Source of the DNA: a virus
Length of the DNA: 46,827 nucleotides
Virus record (IMG/VR): IMGVR_UViG_3300045988_062651
Span: 1 to 46,827 of that record
Direction: 5' to 3' (one strand)
Shown piece by piece: positions 13,763 to 21,995 of this stretch. The stretch's first letter is position 1; the number at the start of each line of letters is the position of its first letter. The notes beneath the pieces were generated by a model. That model made no database searches. It saw only the letters and a program-made list of their open reading frames with translations, and was not told the DNA's origin. The position numbers and the translations under genes are program-made.

Positions 13763-16103
13763 AATTTACAAAAGTCTTAGTTGAGCCTGTATTCTCCCAA
13801 TGGTCAATAGTTCTCATTATTTCATTAAGGTCTCGGGTATTATATCTTGTCATATCAGCACGGTCTTTACCTAAGCACTCACACCAAATCTCTGCAACAC
13901 ACACATAATCTTTGCGTACTGTACCATTTGCTGAGAGAGGGTCTTCAAGCCATTGTTTACGCTCAAATATATCTTTAGAGTCCCAGTCTTCTGGATAAAG
14001 CCGGTCAAGATAATTAATTATAATACCCCGTCTGTTATCTACTTCTTCATGTTTATTCTGAGCATCAACTGCAAGTTTAGCGGCTTCATCCTGGAGATAC
14101 AAAGGCTCATGGTTCTTATAGATTTGATAAGCCTCGGCCCAAATCTGGTCAACCTCTTCGTCCGTCAGGTCTTCAATAACAGACTTTGTAACGCGCGCTA
14201 TATCTACATCTACCGGTAAAAAGCGCCTATTGCCGGAAGAGTCATGTAAAAAGTCTTGTGAGTTGGTTGTACCAAAAAATACACACTGGCGCTTATAAGT
14301 TTCAACCACGCGGCCATAAGCCGGACGGAATGAATCTTCACGCTTTGATATGTAATGCTTGATGGACTCGACTTCTGCTTTCTTCAAGCCTGAGAGCTCT
14401 GCCATTTCAACAATCCATGCACCTTGAATCTGCTCGAAAGCCTCTTTACCTTGAACCGTTGTAAATGTATCTGAGAACCAGTCTCTACCAAGCTTTTTAA
14501 CAAATGTACTTTTATAAGAACCTTGCGGACCTACAATTACCAAAGCTGTGTCAAACTTAATACCAGGCTGGAACACACGAGCAACTGCGGCCGTAAGTGT
14601 TTTTCTTATAATCGCTCTTGTGTACGTAGTATCTTCAGCGCCAAAGTAGTCAATAAGAAGCGTATCAACACGTGGAGAGCCGTCCCAAGATAAGCCCATA
14701 AGGTATTCCTGAATTGGGTGATACTGATTTTTCTCAAAGTCAAGAGCGAAGGCATCATCAATCTTTGCGAAAGACCCGATATTATACAAGCACTCAATGT
14801 AATTATGTAGACCTGCATAATCTACGTCTTTTAGTGGCTCTTCACCTTTGACAATTCTCCAAGGAAGGCTCTTTACAACATAGCGCTTGTTATTAAAAGT
14901 GTTTAGCTTGAAAGCGCCTTTTAATTTTGGGTCATTGGAAAGAATTATATTGATATTGTTTGCTGTAGTTTCATACTCGCCTTTTGTATTAACCGTAAGG
15001 CTCTTAAGCCATTCAGTGTCTTCAGGCGCTGGGTCTTCATAAGGCTCAGCAAAGTCAAATTTTGCGGCCTGGATATTCTCTGTCGCAATTCGTTTGCGGA
15101 TTTCTGGGTCTTTAGTTGCGAAGACTTCCATAGCCTTAAAACTGGCCGTATCTTCTGGCTTTTTATCCAGATTACCAAATTTGTGAATACGAACCAAGTC
15201 AAACGCATTACAGAGCCTATTGCCCGCAGGGTCTGTACTATGGTGTGAATATGCAAACAAATCTTTGTATACAACCAAACCTGAAGCAGTTGAACCTTGT
15301 GTATACGTGTATCGGTCCTTACCAGATTTAACATACACGTCAGAAAGGAAAGTTTCAATCGCAGCGCTCATTGTATAGGCTCGGCAGAAAGTTCCTACAA
15401 TACTTGATTTCTCAGTAGGGTTCTCCTGTTTGTTAATAGTCTTAGTTATATACTCGGCCTCGTCTTCGGGTGATGGCCACTCCATAACATTATGCCAATC
15501 ACTATATGTAGCAAGAACCCTATCAGCAGATAGGAATGCACCGTCCTGAAAGTGGAAATCATACTCCATGTCCTTCGGAATAGAAGGCCAGAACATTAGG
15601 CGATTTATGTCAAAGGTTGTCGAGTCATAACAGTTAATACCGGTGTTACCCGCAATTTTTCTCGCTATAGCTTGATACTCTTCGCAAGAGACCTGTCGGT
15701 CCAAAGGAATGATGAGACGGTGTCTAACATGATTTGGACCTGAGGAGTGCGTGGCATGAAGAACTGCTGCACAATCATAAAGCATAGTGAAGTCCCACCA
15801 GAAATTATCGTGGGAAAAGTCAACATCAAGCGTTATTATTTGCCGGTAAGAAACACTGGCTTTATCGCGCTTGCCACCAACAAGAAAACCGCCAACATAA
15901 CCGCCAAGGTCTTTGACTTTTGCTCGGTCAGCCTTTGGCATAGCATTGTATTCCTTGTAGGTTTCAACAGTTACCACTGGTTTGGCTAAGCGAGCAACAA
16001 GCTCTGACCACATAATTTTTGTATTACGCCAGGTTTTACTTGTTGCACTTGTGCCAATCGCTATGTCTAACTGCTCGTCTATAGTTACTTTAAGCTCAAT
16101 CAT
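13725..16103 (-). CDS. DNA primase / P-loop helicase (VirE / D5-like C-terminal NTPase)
   Basis: 792 aa with Walker A VGPQGSYKSTF. It sits between the polymerase and VRR-NUC, as in the DUF2800-DUF2815-PolA-primase-VRR-NUC-SNF2 phage replication module. Confidence 0.75.
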   Translation of the reverse strand: MIELKVTIDEQLDIAIGTSATSKTWRNTKIMWSELVARLAKPVVTVETYKEYNAMPKADRAKVKDLGGYVGGFLVGGKRDKASVSYRQIITLDVDFSHDNFWWDFTMLYDCAAVLHATHSSGPNHVRHRLIIPLDRQVSCEEYQAIARKIAGNTGINCYDSTTFDINRLMFWPSIPKDMEYDFHFQDGAFLSADRVLATYSDWHNVMEWPSPEDEAEYITKTINKQENPTEKSSIVGTFCRAYTMSAAIETFLSDVYVKSGKDRYTYTQGSTASGLVVYKDLFAYSHHSTDPAGNRLCNAFDLVRIHKFGNLDKKPEDTASFKAMEVFATKDPEIRKRIATENIQAAKFDFAEPYEDPAPEDTEWLKSLTVNTKGEYETTANNINIILSNDPKLKGAFKLNTFNNKRYVVKSLPWRIVKGEEPLKDVDYAGLHNYIECLYNIGSFAKIDDAFALDFEKNQYHPIQEYLMGLSWDGSPRVDTLLIDYFGAEDTTYTRAIIRKTLTAAVARVFQPGIKFDTALVIVGPQGSYKSTFVKKLGRDWFSDTFTTVQGKEAFEQIQGAWIVEMAELSGLKKAEVESIKHYISKREDSFRPAYGRVVETYKRQCVFFGTTNSQDFLHDSSGNRRFLPVDVDIARVTKSVIEDLTDEEVDQIWAEAYQIYKNHEPLYLQDEAAKLAVDAQNKHEEVDNRRGIIINYLDRLYPEDWDSKDIFERKQWLEDPLSANGTVRKDYVCVAEIWCECLGKDRADMTRYNTRDLNEIMRTIDHWENTGSTKTFVNYGVQKYYKRKEG

Positions 16104-16107
16104 TATT

Positions 16108-18087
16108 TTAATCCTTTAAGTAAAAAGGTGTTACATATCCGTCGGCTTTAAGGGGCATATCTAAGGCCCACTTAGGCTGTTTATCCATAATGCTCACAAT
16201 CTTATTATAGTGGTCTTCCGCATTTTCTTTTGGTATTTCAATGAGGACTTCATCGTGAATATGACAAATAGGAAGATAGCCGGCCGCCGCAAGATTGAGC
16301 ATAGAATTGCCCAACATATCTCTAGCTGTAGCCTGTACAATATTCTCGGTCAGCTTTCCGCCGTAAGTATCAATATCGCCCCAAACGCCTTTATCAGTAG
16401 TACCTTCATAGAAGATATTAGAACTCTGATATGTTGAACTTCCTACACGTACGTTTTTGAAATGAGGATGCCGGTAATAAAGCTTTCTGCCAGAAGGGAG
16501 TTTGATAGTCAAGTTCTCGCCATCACACTCAAAAACTAATTTACGAACAGTAGCTGTAACAGGCTTATGATACTTGATAGCGGTAACTGCCGCGGTCTCA
16601 AGCTCAGACCACATCTTTACGATTGCAGGATTTGCATTACGCCATTTCCTAACCAGGTCAAGCTCGACTTGCTGAGATAGCCCCATATCGTGACCACCCA
16701 TTCTTTCAAGCGCATTAACACCTCCACCATAGCCAAGGGCCAGCTCAGAGATTTTGGACTTCTGCCTCAACTCGGAACCTTTGGTAATTGCTGAGATTGG
16801 AACACCGAACATCTTAGAACCTGTAGCCTCGTAGATTTTGCCATCACCGTTAAACACGTCCATTCTCCACTGTTCATTAGCATACCAGGAAATAACACGT
16901 GCCTCAATGGCAGAGAAGTCAGCAACACCTATGAGCATACCATCAGGAGCAATGATAGCTGTACGGATAAGCTGTGACAGAATGTCTGATACGTCGTCGT
17001 ACATCATACCAACAACATTAACGTCGCCAGTTTTTACAGCTTCTCTTGCTATCTCAATATGGCTAATATGATTCTTAGCAAGGTTCTGCAACTGCAGAAG
17101 ACGACCAGCCCAACGACCTGTCCGGTTTGCGCCATAGAACTGAAATGTGCCTCTGATACGTCTATCGTCCATAGCACAATTAAGCATCATCTGGTACTTC
17201 TTAATAGAGGACTTTGCAAGTTTCTTGCGTAAGTCCAGCATCTGGATAACCTCAGGAAATTTGGCGTAATCCTCATATAGCTGAGGCAGGTATCGCTTCT
17301 CAAAGGACTCAGGCCTTAGGCCTGTAGTGGCCTCAATCCAGTCTGCAAGTTGCGCCACAGAATTAGGATTCTCCAGGCCAGTCAGGTCTTGTGCTTCTTT
17401 GAGAACCTGTGCAGAGTACTTCTCATTTATATCAAGGGCCTTCTCGGCCAAGTCAAGGTCGAGTAGAATGCCTTTGTCGTTAATCTGCTGGTCTAAGATA
17501 TAAAGTGCTAATTCAGATTCTGGCCACTCTACATGCATTTCTTCAGTGAGCTTATAGAATATCTCACGCTCAGACCGCACATCATAGTCATTATATTCCT
17601 TATAGCTTTCCCACTTTTCTGGGTCATCTTCCGGATAGTTTCTGGTCTTGTTAGGGTCAGCTTTAGTAGGCTTACAAGGACACGAGAAGAACCTAATCAG
17701 CAGAAGTCCCGTAGCAAGTTTACGCTCTTTTATTTTAAGAATATCGCAAACGTCTTTCAAGGCGAGAGGTAAGCCGGCATACGCAGACAAAATAAGAGTA
17801 TCACGCCATTGCTCAATAGAGGTCTTCATACCAATACGAGCAAAGCATCGGCGCTCAAAAGCAGAGTTATGCGCTACCTTAATAACATTAGGGTCATTAA
17901 GAGCATTAACCAGGCGTTCAGGCCATTCTTCGCCATTTACCAGGTCAACAACAGCAACCGGTTCGTGGTTAAAAGCATAGCCACAAATAAGAACCTCGAA
18001 CTCTGGGTCTTCAACATATTTGTAAAGACCTACAGTTTTCAAATCTCTCGAGGAGTACGTTTCTAAATCTATAAATAAGTAGTCCAT
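16108..18087 (-). CDS. polA: Family A DNA polymerase with an N-terminal 3'-5' exonuclease
   Basis: ExoI FIDLETYS, motif A DFSAIEARV, motif B RQKSKISELALGYGGG, motif C HIHDEVLIE. Confidence 0.9.
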   Translation of the reverse strand: MDYLFIDLETYSSRDLKTVGLYKYVEDPEFEVLICGYAFNHEPVAVVDLVNGEEWPERLVNALNDPNVIKVAHNSAFERRCFARIGMKTSIEQWRDTLILSAYAGLPLALKDVCDILKIKERKLATGLLLIRFFSCPCKPTKADPNKTRNYPEDDPEKWESYKEYNDYDVRSEREIFYKLTEEMHVEWPESELALYILDQQINDKGILLDLDLAEKALDINEKYSAQVLKEAQDLTGLENPNSVAQLADWIEATTGLRPESFEKRYLPQLYEDYAKFPEVIQMLDLRKKLAKSSIKKYQMMLNCAMDDRRIRGTFQFYGANRTGRWAGRLLQLQNLAKNHISHIEIAREAVKTGDVNVVGMMYDDVSDILSQLIRTAIIAPDGMLIGVADFSAIEARVISWYANEQWRMDVFNGDGKIYEATGSKMFGVPISAITKGSELRQKSKISELALGYGGGVNALERMGGHDMGLSQQVELDLVRKWRNANPAIVKMWSELETAAVTAIKYHKPVTATVRKLVFECDGENLTIKLPSGRKLYYRHPHFKNVRVGSSTYQSSNIFYEGTTDKGVWGDIDTYGGKLTENIVQATARDMLGNSMLNLAAAGYLPICHIHDEVLIEIPKENAEDHYNKIVSIMDKQPKWALDMPLKADGYVTPFYLKD

Positions 18088-18089
18088 AG

Positions 18090-18168
18090 TGCGCTCAACT
18101 AGATTCGAACTAGCATTGTCAGCAAGCGGTCAAGCAAGACTGAGGACTTACCATTAGTCTATGAGCGC
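18090..18168 (-). tRNA. tRNA-like element 1: canonical acceptor, D and T arms, but a 15-nt anticodon loop
   Basis: Minus strand: GCGCTCA TA GACT AATGGTA AGTC C TCAGT CTTGCTTGACCGCTT GCTGA CAAT GCTAG TTCGAAT CTAGT TGAGCGC A. The loop contains the direct duplication CTTGCT(T)GAC. The 3' end lies 2 nt before the polymerase ATG. Confidence 0.5.
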
Positions 18169-18190
18169 TATCCTTAAAATCATTAAGTTG

Positions 18191-18214
18191 ATATTGTATT
18201 TCACAACACAATAT
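18191..18214. other. 7-bp hairpin between the two tRNA-like elements
   Basis: ATATTGT (N10) ACAATAT. Confidence 0.4.
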
Positions 18215-18217
18215 TTG

Positions 18218-18300
18218 TAGCTCGGGCTGGTAACGAACCAGCTAATGAGATTTCGAGCATTACCTCGTCCGACGACTTTCTATTACGTCCTATCCGAGCT
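18218..18300 (-). ncRNA. tRNA-like element 2: class-II-like cloverleaf with aberrant D and anticodon arms
   Basis: Minus strand: acceptor AGCTCGG/CCGAGCT (7 bp), T arm GCTGG TTCGTTA CCAGC, stem GACG/CGTC with an 11-nt loop, stem CGAG/CTCG with a 6-nt loop GTAATG, and a short extra arm AAT CTC ATT. Confidence 0.35.
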
Positions 18301-18307
18301 AAGAGTA

Positions 18308-18859
18308 CTACAGCATGTCGCTGTCTTTGTACTCGTTGTCGCCACCGAAGTCCTGCTCTGCGGAAGCACCAGCAAGCGGCTCGCCTTCAGCTAACTTCTG
18401 GAGGTTCTGCAGACCGGCAGCAATACCTTTGTTACCGTTAGCATTGAATGCGTAGAAGTTAATAGAGGCGCGGCCGTAACAACCAGAGTAAAAGTCCTCA
18501 GGAGTGATGATTTCATTCAGCTGGGCGTCAACCACACCTGGACGACGGTTGCTGCTTGCATTGAGGAAGAAGGAGTCAGCATAAGCCTCATCGTCTGGAC
18601 GGTCAGTGTCACCGTCACGGAGCGGAATCTTTATGTTAGCAGGAATCTTGCCTGTCTTGTCAGCAAGCTTTGCTTTTCCGGCAACCTTCGCGGCCTCGAT
18701 AGCCTTGTTGATGTGGTCAAGTGTAGCCTTGTCGTTCTTCGGAATGATAATAGAAACACTGTACTTTGGCTCAGACTTCTCGTCCATAGCCTTTGGCTGG
18801 AATACAGCCACGTAACTGAAGCGTACTTTTCCAGTTACAACTTTTGTTGTTTGTTCCAT
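18308..18859 (-). CDS. DUF2815-like single-stranded DNA-binding protein
   Basis: The N-terminus VVTGKVRFSYVAVFQPK...KYSVSIIIPKNDKAT and the acidic C-terminal tail DFGGDNEYKDSDML are typical of this phage SSB family. Confidence 0.75.
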   Translation of the reverse strand: MEQTTKVVTGKVRFSYVAVFQPKAMDEKSEPKYSVSIIIPKNDKATLDHINKAIEAAKVAGKAKLADKTGKIPANIKIPLRDGDTDRPDDEAYADSFFLNASSNRRPGVVDAQLNEIITPEDFYSGCYGRASINFYAFNANGNKGIAAGLQNLQKLAEGEPLAGASAEQDFGGDNEYKDSDML

Positions 18860-18871
18860 AATGGTACTGAA

Positions 18872-19153
18872 TTATTTAGTTAACCTAATACAGAGTATAG
18901 TCTGGTCTGCCTTGTCAGCGACTACTTTCAAAGTCCTGATGAGATTCTGAGTCATAGAAGTCATCTTGTTAGAAAGCTCGCCGGTGTCTGGGTTTACATA
19001 CTTATAGCTTTCGTCCAGAACATCTATAACAGTCATCTTGCTGTTACTGTAGTCAGGAGATACGAGAATGTCGCCAATAGCAACTTTGGATTCAGTGTTG
19101 TAGGCATATTTCTTTTTACAAGTGCCTTCAAACATTACAACGATTGTGTTCAT
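18872..19153 (-). CDS. Hypothetical protein (93 aa)
   Basis: ORF in operon context. Confidence 0.6.
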   Translation of the reverse strand: MNTIVVMFEGTCKKKYAYNTESKVAIGDILVSPDYSNSKMTVIDVLDESYKYVNPDTGELSNKMTSMTQNLIRTLKVVADKADQTILCIRLTK

Positions 19154-19161
19154 AGCTTTAA

Positions 19162-20370
19162 TTATTGAAAGTCTTTCTGTGCTTGTGTGATACCGATAGC
19201 AGGACGTTTATCGTCCTCAGGAACAAGAGTAGGAGTACCAGCGGGCTTTACTACAATGTCAGCAAACAGCGTTGAGAATTCTTTCTTACCCACTGCGCGT
19301 TCAATAGTAGTCAAGCTGTTAAGCTTGGTAGTGTAAAGTACGTCGTTAGGAATTTCAGGACAACGTTCGCGAATTGTCTTCTCTGCGAGGTCAGGGTCAA
19401 TCCACTTGCGGACAGACCGTCCCTCAACCAGTTTAAGACCTGGCCACTGTTTACCCTCGTTAACGGCTTGATTTTGTGCATACTCTGTAACAGAGTTAAC
19501 CCAGCTCGTAAAACTTGGAGCACGACGAACAATGTCCGCAATATCCTCATCAGATAGCATTCTAGGGTCTTCTGCAAAATCGGCTTTAGCGATTTTGACT
19601 TGTTCCTCATATAGAGCACGACAACGAGTCTTAACCGTACAGAACTTACACCAGTCGCCAGGCTGAAGCTCGCCCTCGCCATTCCAGGCCATTCTTGCTT
19701 TAGGTTTGAGCTCCTCAAGTGCCCACTTATTCAATTCTTCAACTGAGATTTGGAACGAAGAAATGTTGTCAATTCTTGGCTGAACAATCGTAAGTAGGAC
19801 CTCTTTTATATCATAAATACCGAAGAAGATTTGAAGAGCGCCGAGCCCGTAAAGCATAAGCTGAGAGTTCCAATCTGCATAAACCGGTACACCCATACCA
19901 TATTTGAAGTCAATAACTTCAAGAACGTCGTCACTGATAACACAACAGTCTGCAGTACCAAAGCCCTCAGGAATAAATTCCGTAAGGTTAAGTTTCTGCT
20001 CAATGAACATACTGGCCTGCTTCTCATGCGCGAGTGCTTCCATATATTCATTGGTACAGTACTCAACATATTGGTCTACATAATTTAGCATGTCCTCTGT
20101 AAAGAGCTCATTGCTCATCAGGCGTTCGAGCTCATCATTAAACTGCCTATCAGTACACTTGTGAAGAATATCGTGCTCCAAATAGAGAGCGCAAAAAGCG
20201 TGAGCCAGCGTACCTTCCTTAGCATAAGCGGAATCGATTTTTATACCGAATTTCTCCTCGAGCCTTGGGGCTGGAGTGCAATGTAGCCAGCGGCTTGAGA
20301 GTGAAGCTGACAAAAGAGCATGCGACGTAGGAGCCGGAGCCTTTTTAGGTGATGTGCTTAATGTTTTCAT
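19162..20370 (-). CDS. DUF2800-like PD-(D/E)XK (Cas4/RecB-type) exonuclease
   Basis: Nuclease motif DCCVISDDVLEVIDFKYG and the C-terminal Cys cluster CKFCTVKTRC. Confidence 0.75.
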   Translation of the reverse strand: MKTLSTSPKKAPAPTSHALLSASLSSRWLHCTPAPRLEEKFGIKIDSAYAKEGTLAHAFCALYLEHDILHKCTDRQFNDELERLMSNELFTEDMLNYVDQYVEYCTNEYMEALAHEKQASMFIEQKLNLTEFIPEGFGTADCCVISDDVLEVIDFKYGMGVPVYADWNSQLMLYGLGALQIFFGIYDIKEVLLTIVQPRIDNISSFQISVEELNKWALEELKPKARMAWNGEGELQPGDWCKFCTVKTRCRALYEEQVKIAKADFAEDPRMLSDEDIADIVRRAPSFTSWVNSVTEYAQNQAVNEGKQWPGLKLVEGRSVRKWIDPDLAEKTIRERCPEIPNDVLYTTKLNSLTTIERAVGKKEFSTLFADIVVKPAGTPTLVPEDDKRPAIGITQAQKDFQ

Positions 20371-20615
20371 TACTTAAATGACCTACCATAAGTTAATTCA
20401 TTCTGCTGATATGTAAGTGAACTGGAATAGCGCTTAACTAAAGCCGAGTCAGTAGGAACTGGTCCAATTGCAGTAGGAGCTATCAAACCAGCATCTGCCT
20501 TTTTTCGGTAAGCAAGCGCAGACAAAGCCTCTCTTGCATTACGCCATAATTCCCGGTTTTCGCTGCCAAAGCGATTGGCCGCTTCTCTAAGTCTTCTTGT
20601 CTGTGATTTACCCAT
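20370..20615 (-). CDS. Hypothetical protein (81 aa)
   Basis: ORF coupled by stop/start overlap on both sides. Confidence 0.55.
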   Translation of the reverse strand: MGKSQTRRLREAANRFGSENRELWRNAREALSALAYRKKADAGLIAPTAIGPVPTDSALVKRYSSSLTYQQNELTYGRSFK

Positions 20616-21082
20616 TACTCAAGACCATTAAGAAAATCGTACATTTCCTGATACTTGGCCACGTCAAGTTTTGTAATTGACGGAGTACCAAGCTCTGTGA
20701 GCTTCTGCTTTATTTCCACACGGTGCGCATTCATCTTAGTCATTGCCAGTTCACGAAGACCGTCAATTGTAACAGAAGACTGTGTAGACACAGTAGGAGC
20801 GGGTGCCACAGCTGGCTTAGGCTGTTCTGCGGGCTTTGCAGGTGCTGCCGCAGGTGCCGCAGCAGGTTTAGGCTGTTCCGCAGGCTTTGCAGGTGCCACA
20901 GTGGTAGATTTTGCAGGCGCTGCAACAGCTGGCTTAGGCTTAGGCTGTTCAGCCGGTTTCTGTTGTTCAGCTGGTTTAGACTGCTCTCCCGCAGACTTAG
21001 CCAGACCTCCGAATAACGAGCTCAGGAAAGCCTGAGTGCCGTCATCGAGTTTTACATTTACGTTAATTTGAATAGGTTCCAT
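20615..21082 (-). CDS. Hypothetical protein with a Pro/Ala/Glu/Lys-rich repeat linker
   Basis: KPAEQQKPAEQPKPKPAVAAPAK...KPAEQPKPAAAPAAAPAKPAEQPKPAV lies between small N- and C-terminal domains. Confidence 0.7.
   Translation of the reverse strand: MEPIQINVNVKLDDGTQAFLSSLFGGLAKSAGEQSKPAEQQKPAEQPKPKPAVAAPAKSTTVAPAKPAEQPKPAAAPAAAPAKPAEQPKPAVAPAPTVSTQSSVTIDGLRELAMTKMNAHRVEIKQKLTELGTPSITKLDVAKYQEMYDFLNGLE
20805..20980. repeat. Imperfect tandem coding repeat (unit about 50 nt, GGCTTAGGCTGTTC.GC.GGCTTTGCAGGTGC)
   Basis: The units at 20814-20846 and 20865-20897, and a degenerate third at 20931-20977, encode the KPAEQPKP repeats. Confidence 0.7.
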
Positions 21083-21491
21083 CTATAATATTGTTAATGA
21101 TGTTTACTAAGTCCTGAACGAGCAAGTCGCCATCTGCAACAACGTCATTGAACAATTCTTTGTCGTCGGCTGTAACGGTTAGCACGTGAGTGGCATAAAT
21201 ATACTTAGCCACGTAGATACCCCGCTTAATACAGAAGCTGTCCTGCTTTTCTGTAGCATCATGCCACAGGTCACAACCCGCTTCATATATAGCGGAAACG
21301 GACACGCCTACATACTGTGCGAGGGCTTCAAGCTGGTCTACTGAAACGTGGCCTTTTCCTTTAAGAATTCGGCGGAGCGCGAGGTCAGCATACTTGCTTG
21401 TAGGAAACATGACACTTGCTACGTCAGCCTGGTTCAGCTTGTAGTTTTTAAGCACGTTGTTCAAATAAAATAGTGATTGTTGTTCTTGCAT
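21063..21491 (-). CDS. XRE-type helix-turn-helix DNA-binding protein; first gene of the middle operon
   Basis: LNQADVASVMF...LRRILKGKGHVSVDQLEALAQYVGVSVSAIY has the HTH_XRE pattern. It lies directly downstream of control region 1. Confidence 0.6.
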   Translation of the reverse strand: MQEQQSLFYLNNVLKNYKLNQADVASVMFPTSKYADLALRRILKGKGHVSVDQLEALAQYVGVSVSAIYEAGCDLWHDATEKQDSFCIKRGIYVAKYIYATHVLTVTADDKELFNDVVADGDLLVQDLVNIINNIIDGTYSN

Positions 21492-21702
21492 TGTTCTGCC
21501 TCATTTATTTTCATATACGAATATAGCTGAAATTTTTCATATAAAAAAATAAAATTAAAAAATTTTTTCGTTTTGCATTTAAGGGCTTTTTCAGCTAATT
21601 ATTAAGGCGTAAAAAGCATACGTAGCTGAAAACAGGCAGGCCAAGCTTCCTAAACAATACGTTCGAGCTCTAAACAATCCTAAACAATACTTTGTTTAAC
21701 CC

Positions 21703-21727
21703 TAACTAATTGAAAATCAATCAGTTA
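21703..21727. promoter_or_regulatory. 25-bp palindromic operator, copy 2
   Basis: TAACTAATTGAAAATCAATCAGTTA. Confidence 0.6.
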
Positions 21728-21804
21728 GACCATCCTAAACAATAAAACAATAATTTCTATATATAGTATATATGAATTTTATAAAATCCGTAAAATCTAT
21801 ATAA

Positions 21805-21812
21805 CAAATCTA
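21805..21812 (-). promoter_or_regulatory. -7 promoter element TAGATTTG (class II), reading toward the middle operon
   Basis: The plus strand reads CAAATCTA. The extended minus-strand string TTAGATTTGTTA is shared with 29085 and 42488. Confidence 0.5.
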
Positions 21813-21871
21813 AATTACAGTAATGGTCCAATGTTTTTATATATTTTATTGTTTTATTGTTTAGACTGTCC

Positions 21872-21896
21872 TAATTTATTGAAAATCAATCAGTTA
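21872..21896. promoter_or_regulatory. 25-bp palindromic operator, copy 3
   Basis: TAATTTATTGAAAATCAATCAGTTA. Confidence 0.55.
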
Positions 21897-21995
21897 TGAT
21901 AAACAAAGTATTGTTTAGGATTGTTTGAACGGCCAAATTATTGTTTAGAAACCGCATAACATGGGAATCAGTTTGAGACCGAACAGCTTGCGCAA

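Larger units (their letters stand above)
21651..21947. promoter_or_regulatory. Composite control region 1: mirror-symmetric arrays of TAAACAAT 8-mers, two 25-bp operators and an AT-rich core
   Basis: TAAACAAT at 21651, 21671, 21681 and 21736. ATTGTTTA at 21856, 21909 and 21940. Operators at 21703-21727 and 21872-21896. The core TTTCTATATATAGTATATATG contains the promoter at 21805. Confidence 0.8.

Noticed and set aside
18090-18300. The tRNA-like sequences as an attP core for integration into a host tRNA gene.
   Set aside because: Both elements contain complete 5' and 3' acceptor halves rather than a 3' fragment. No integrase, excisionase or classical CI-type lysogeny module is encoded.
21651-21947. 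Control region 1 as a Bacteroides-style invertible promoter, with inverted repeats flanking a promoter-bearing core.
   Set aside because: No serine or tyrosine recombinase gene is present. The arms are long composite arrays rather than short recombinase sites. Inversion would point the promoter antisense into the end of the lysis cassette. A host-encoded invertase cannot be formally excluded.
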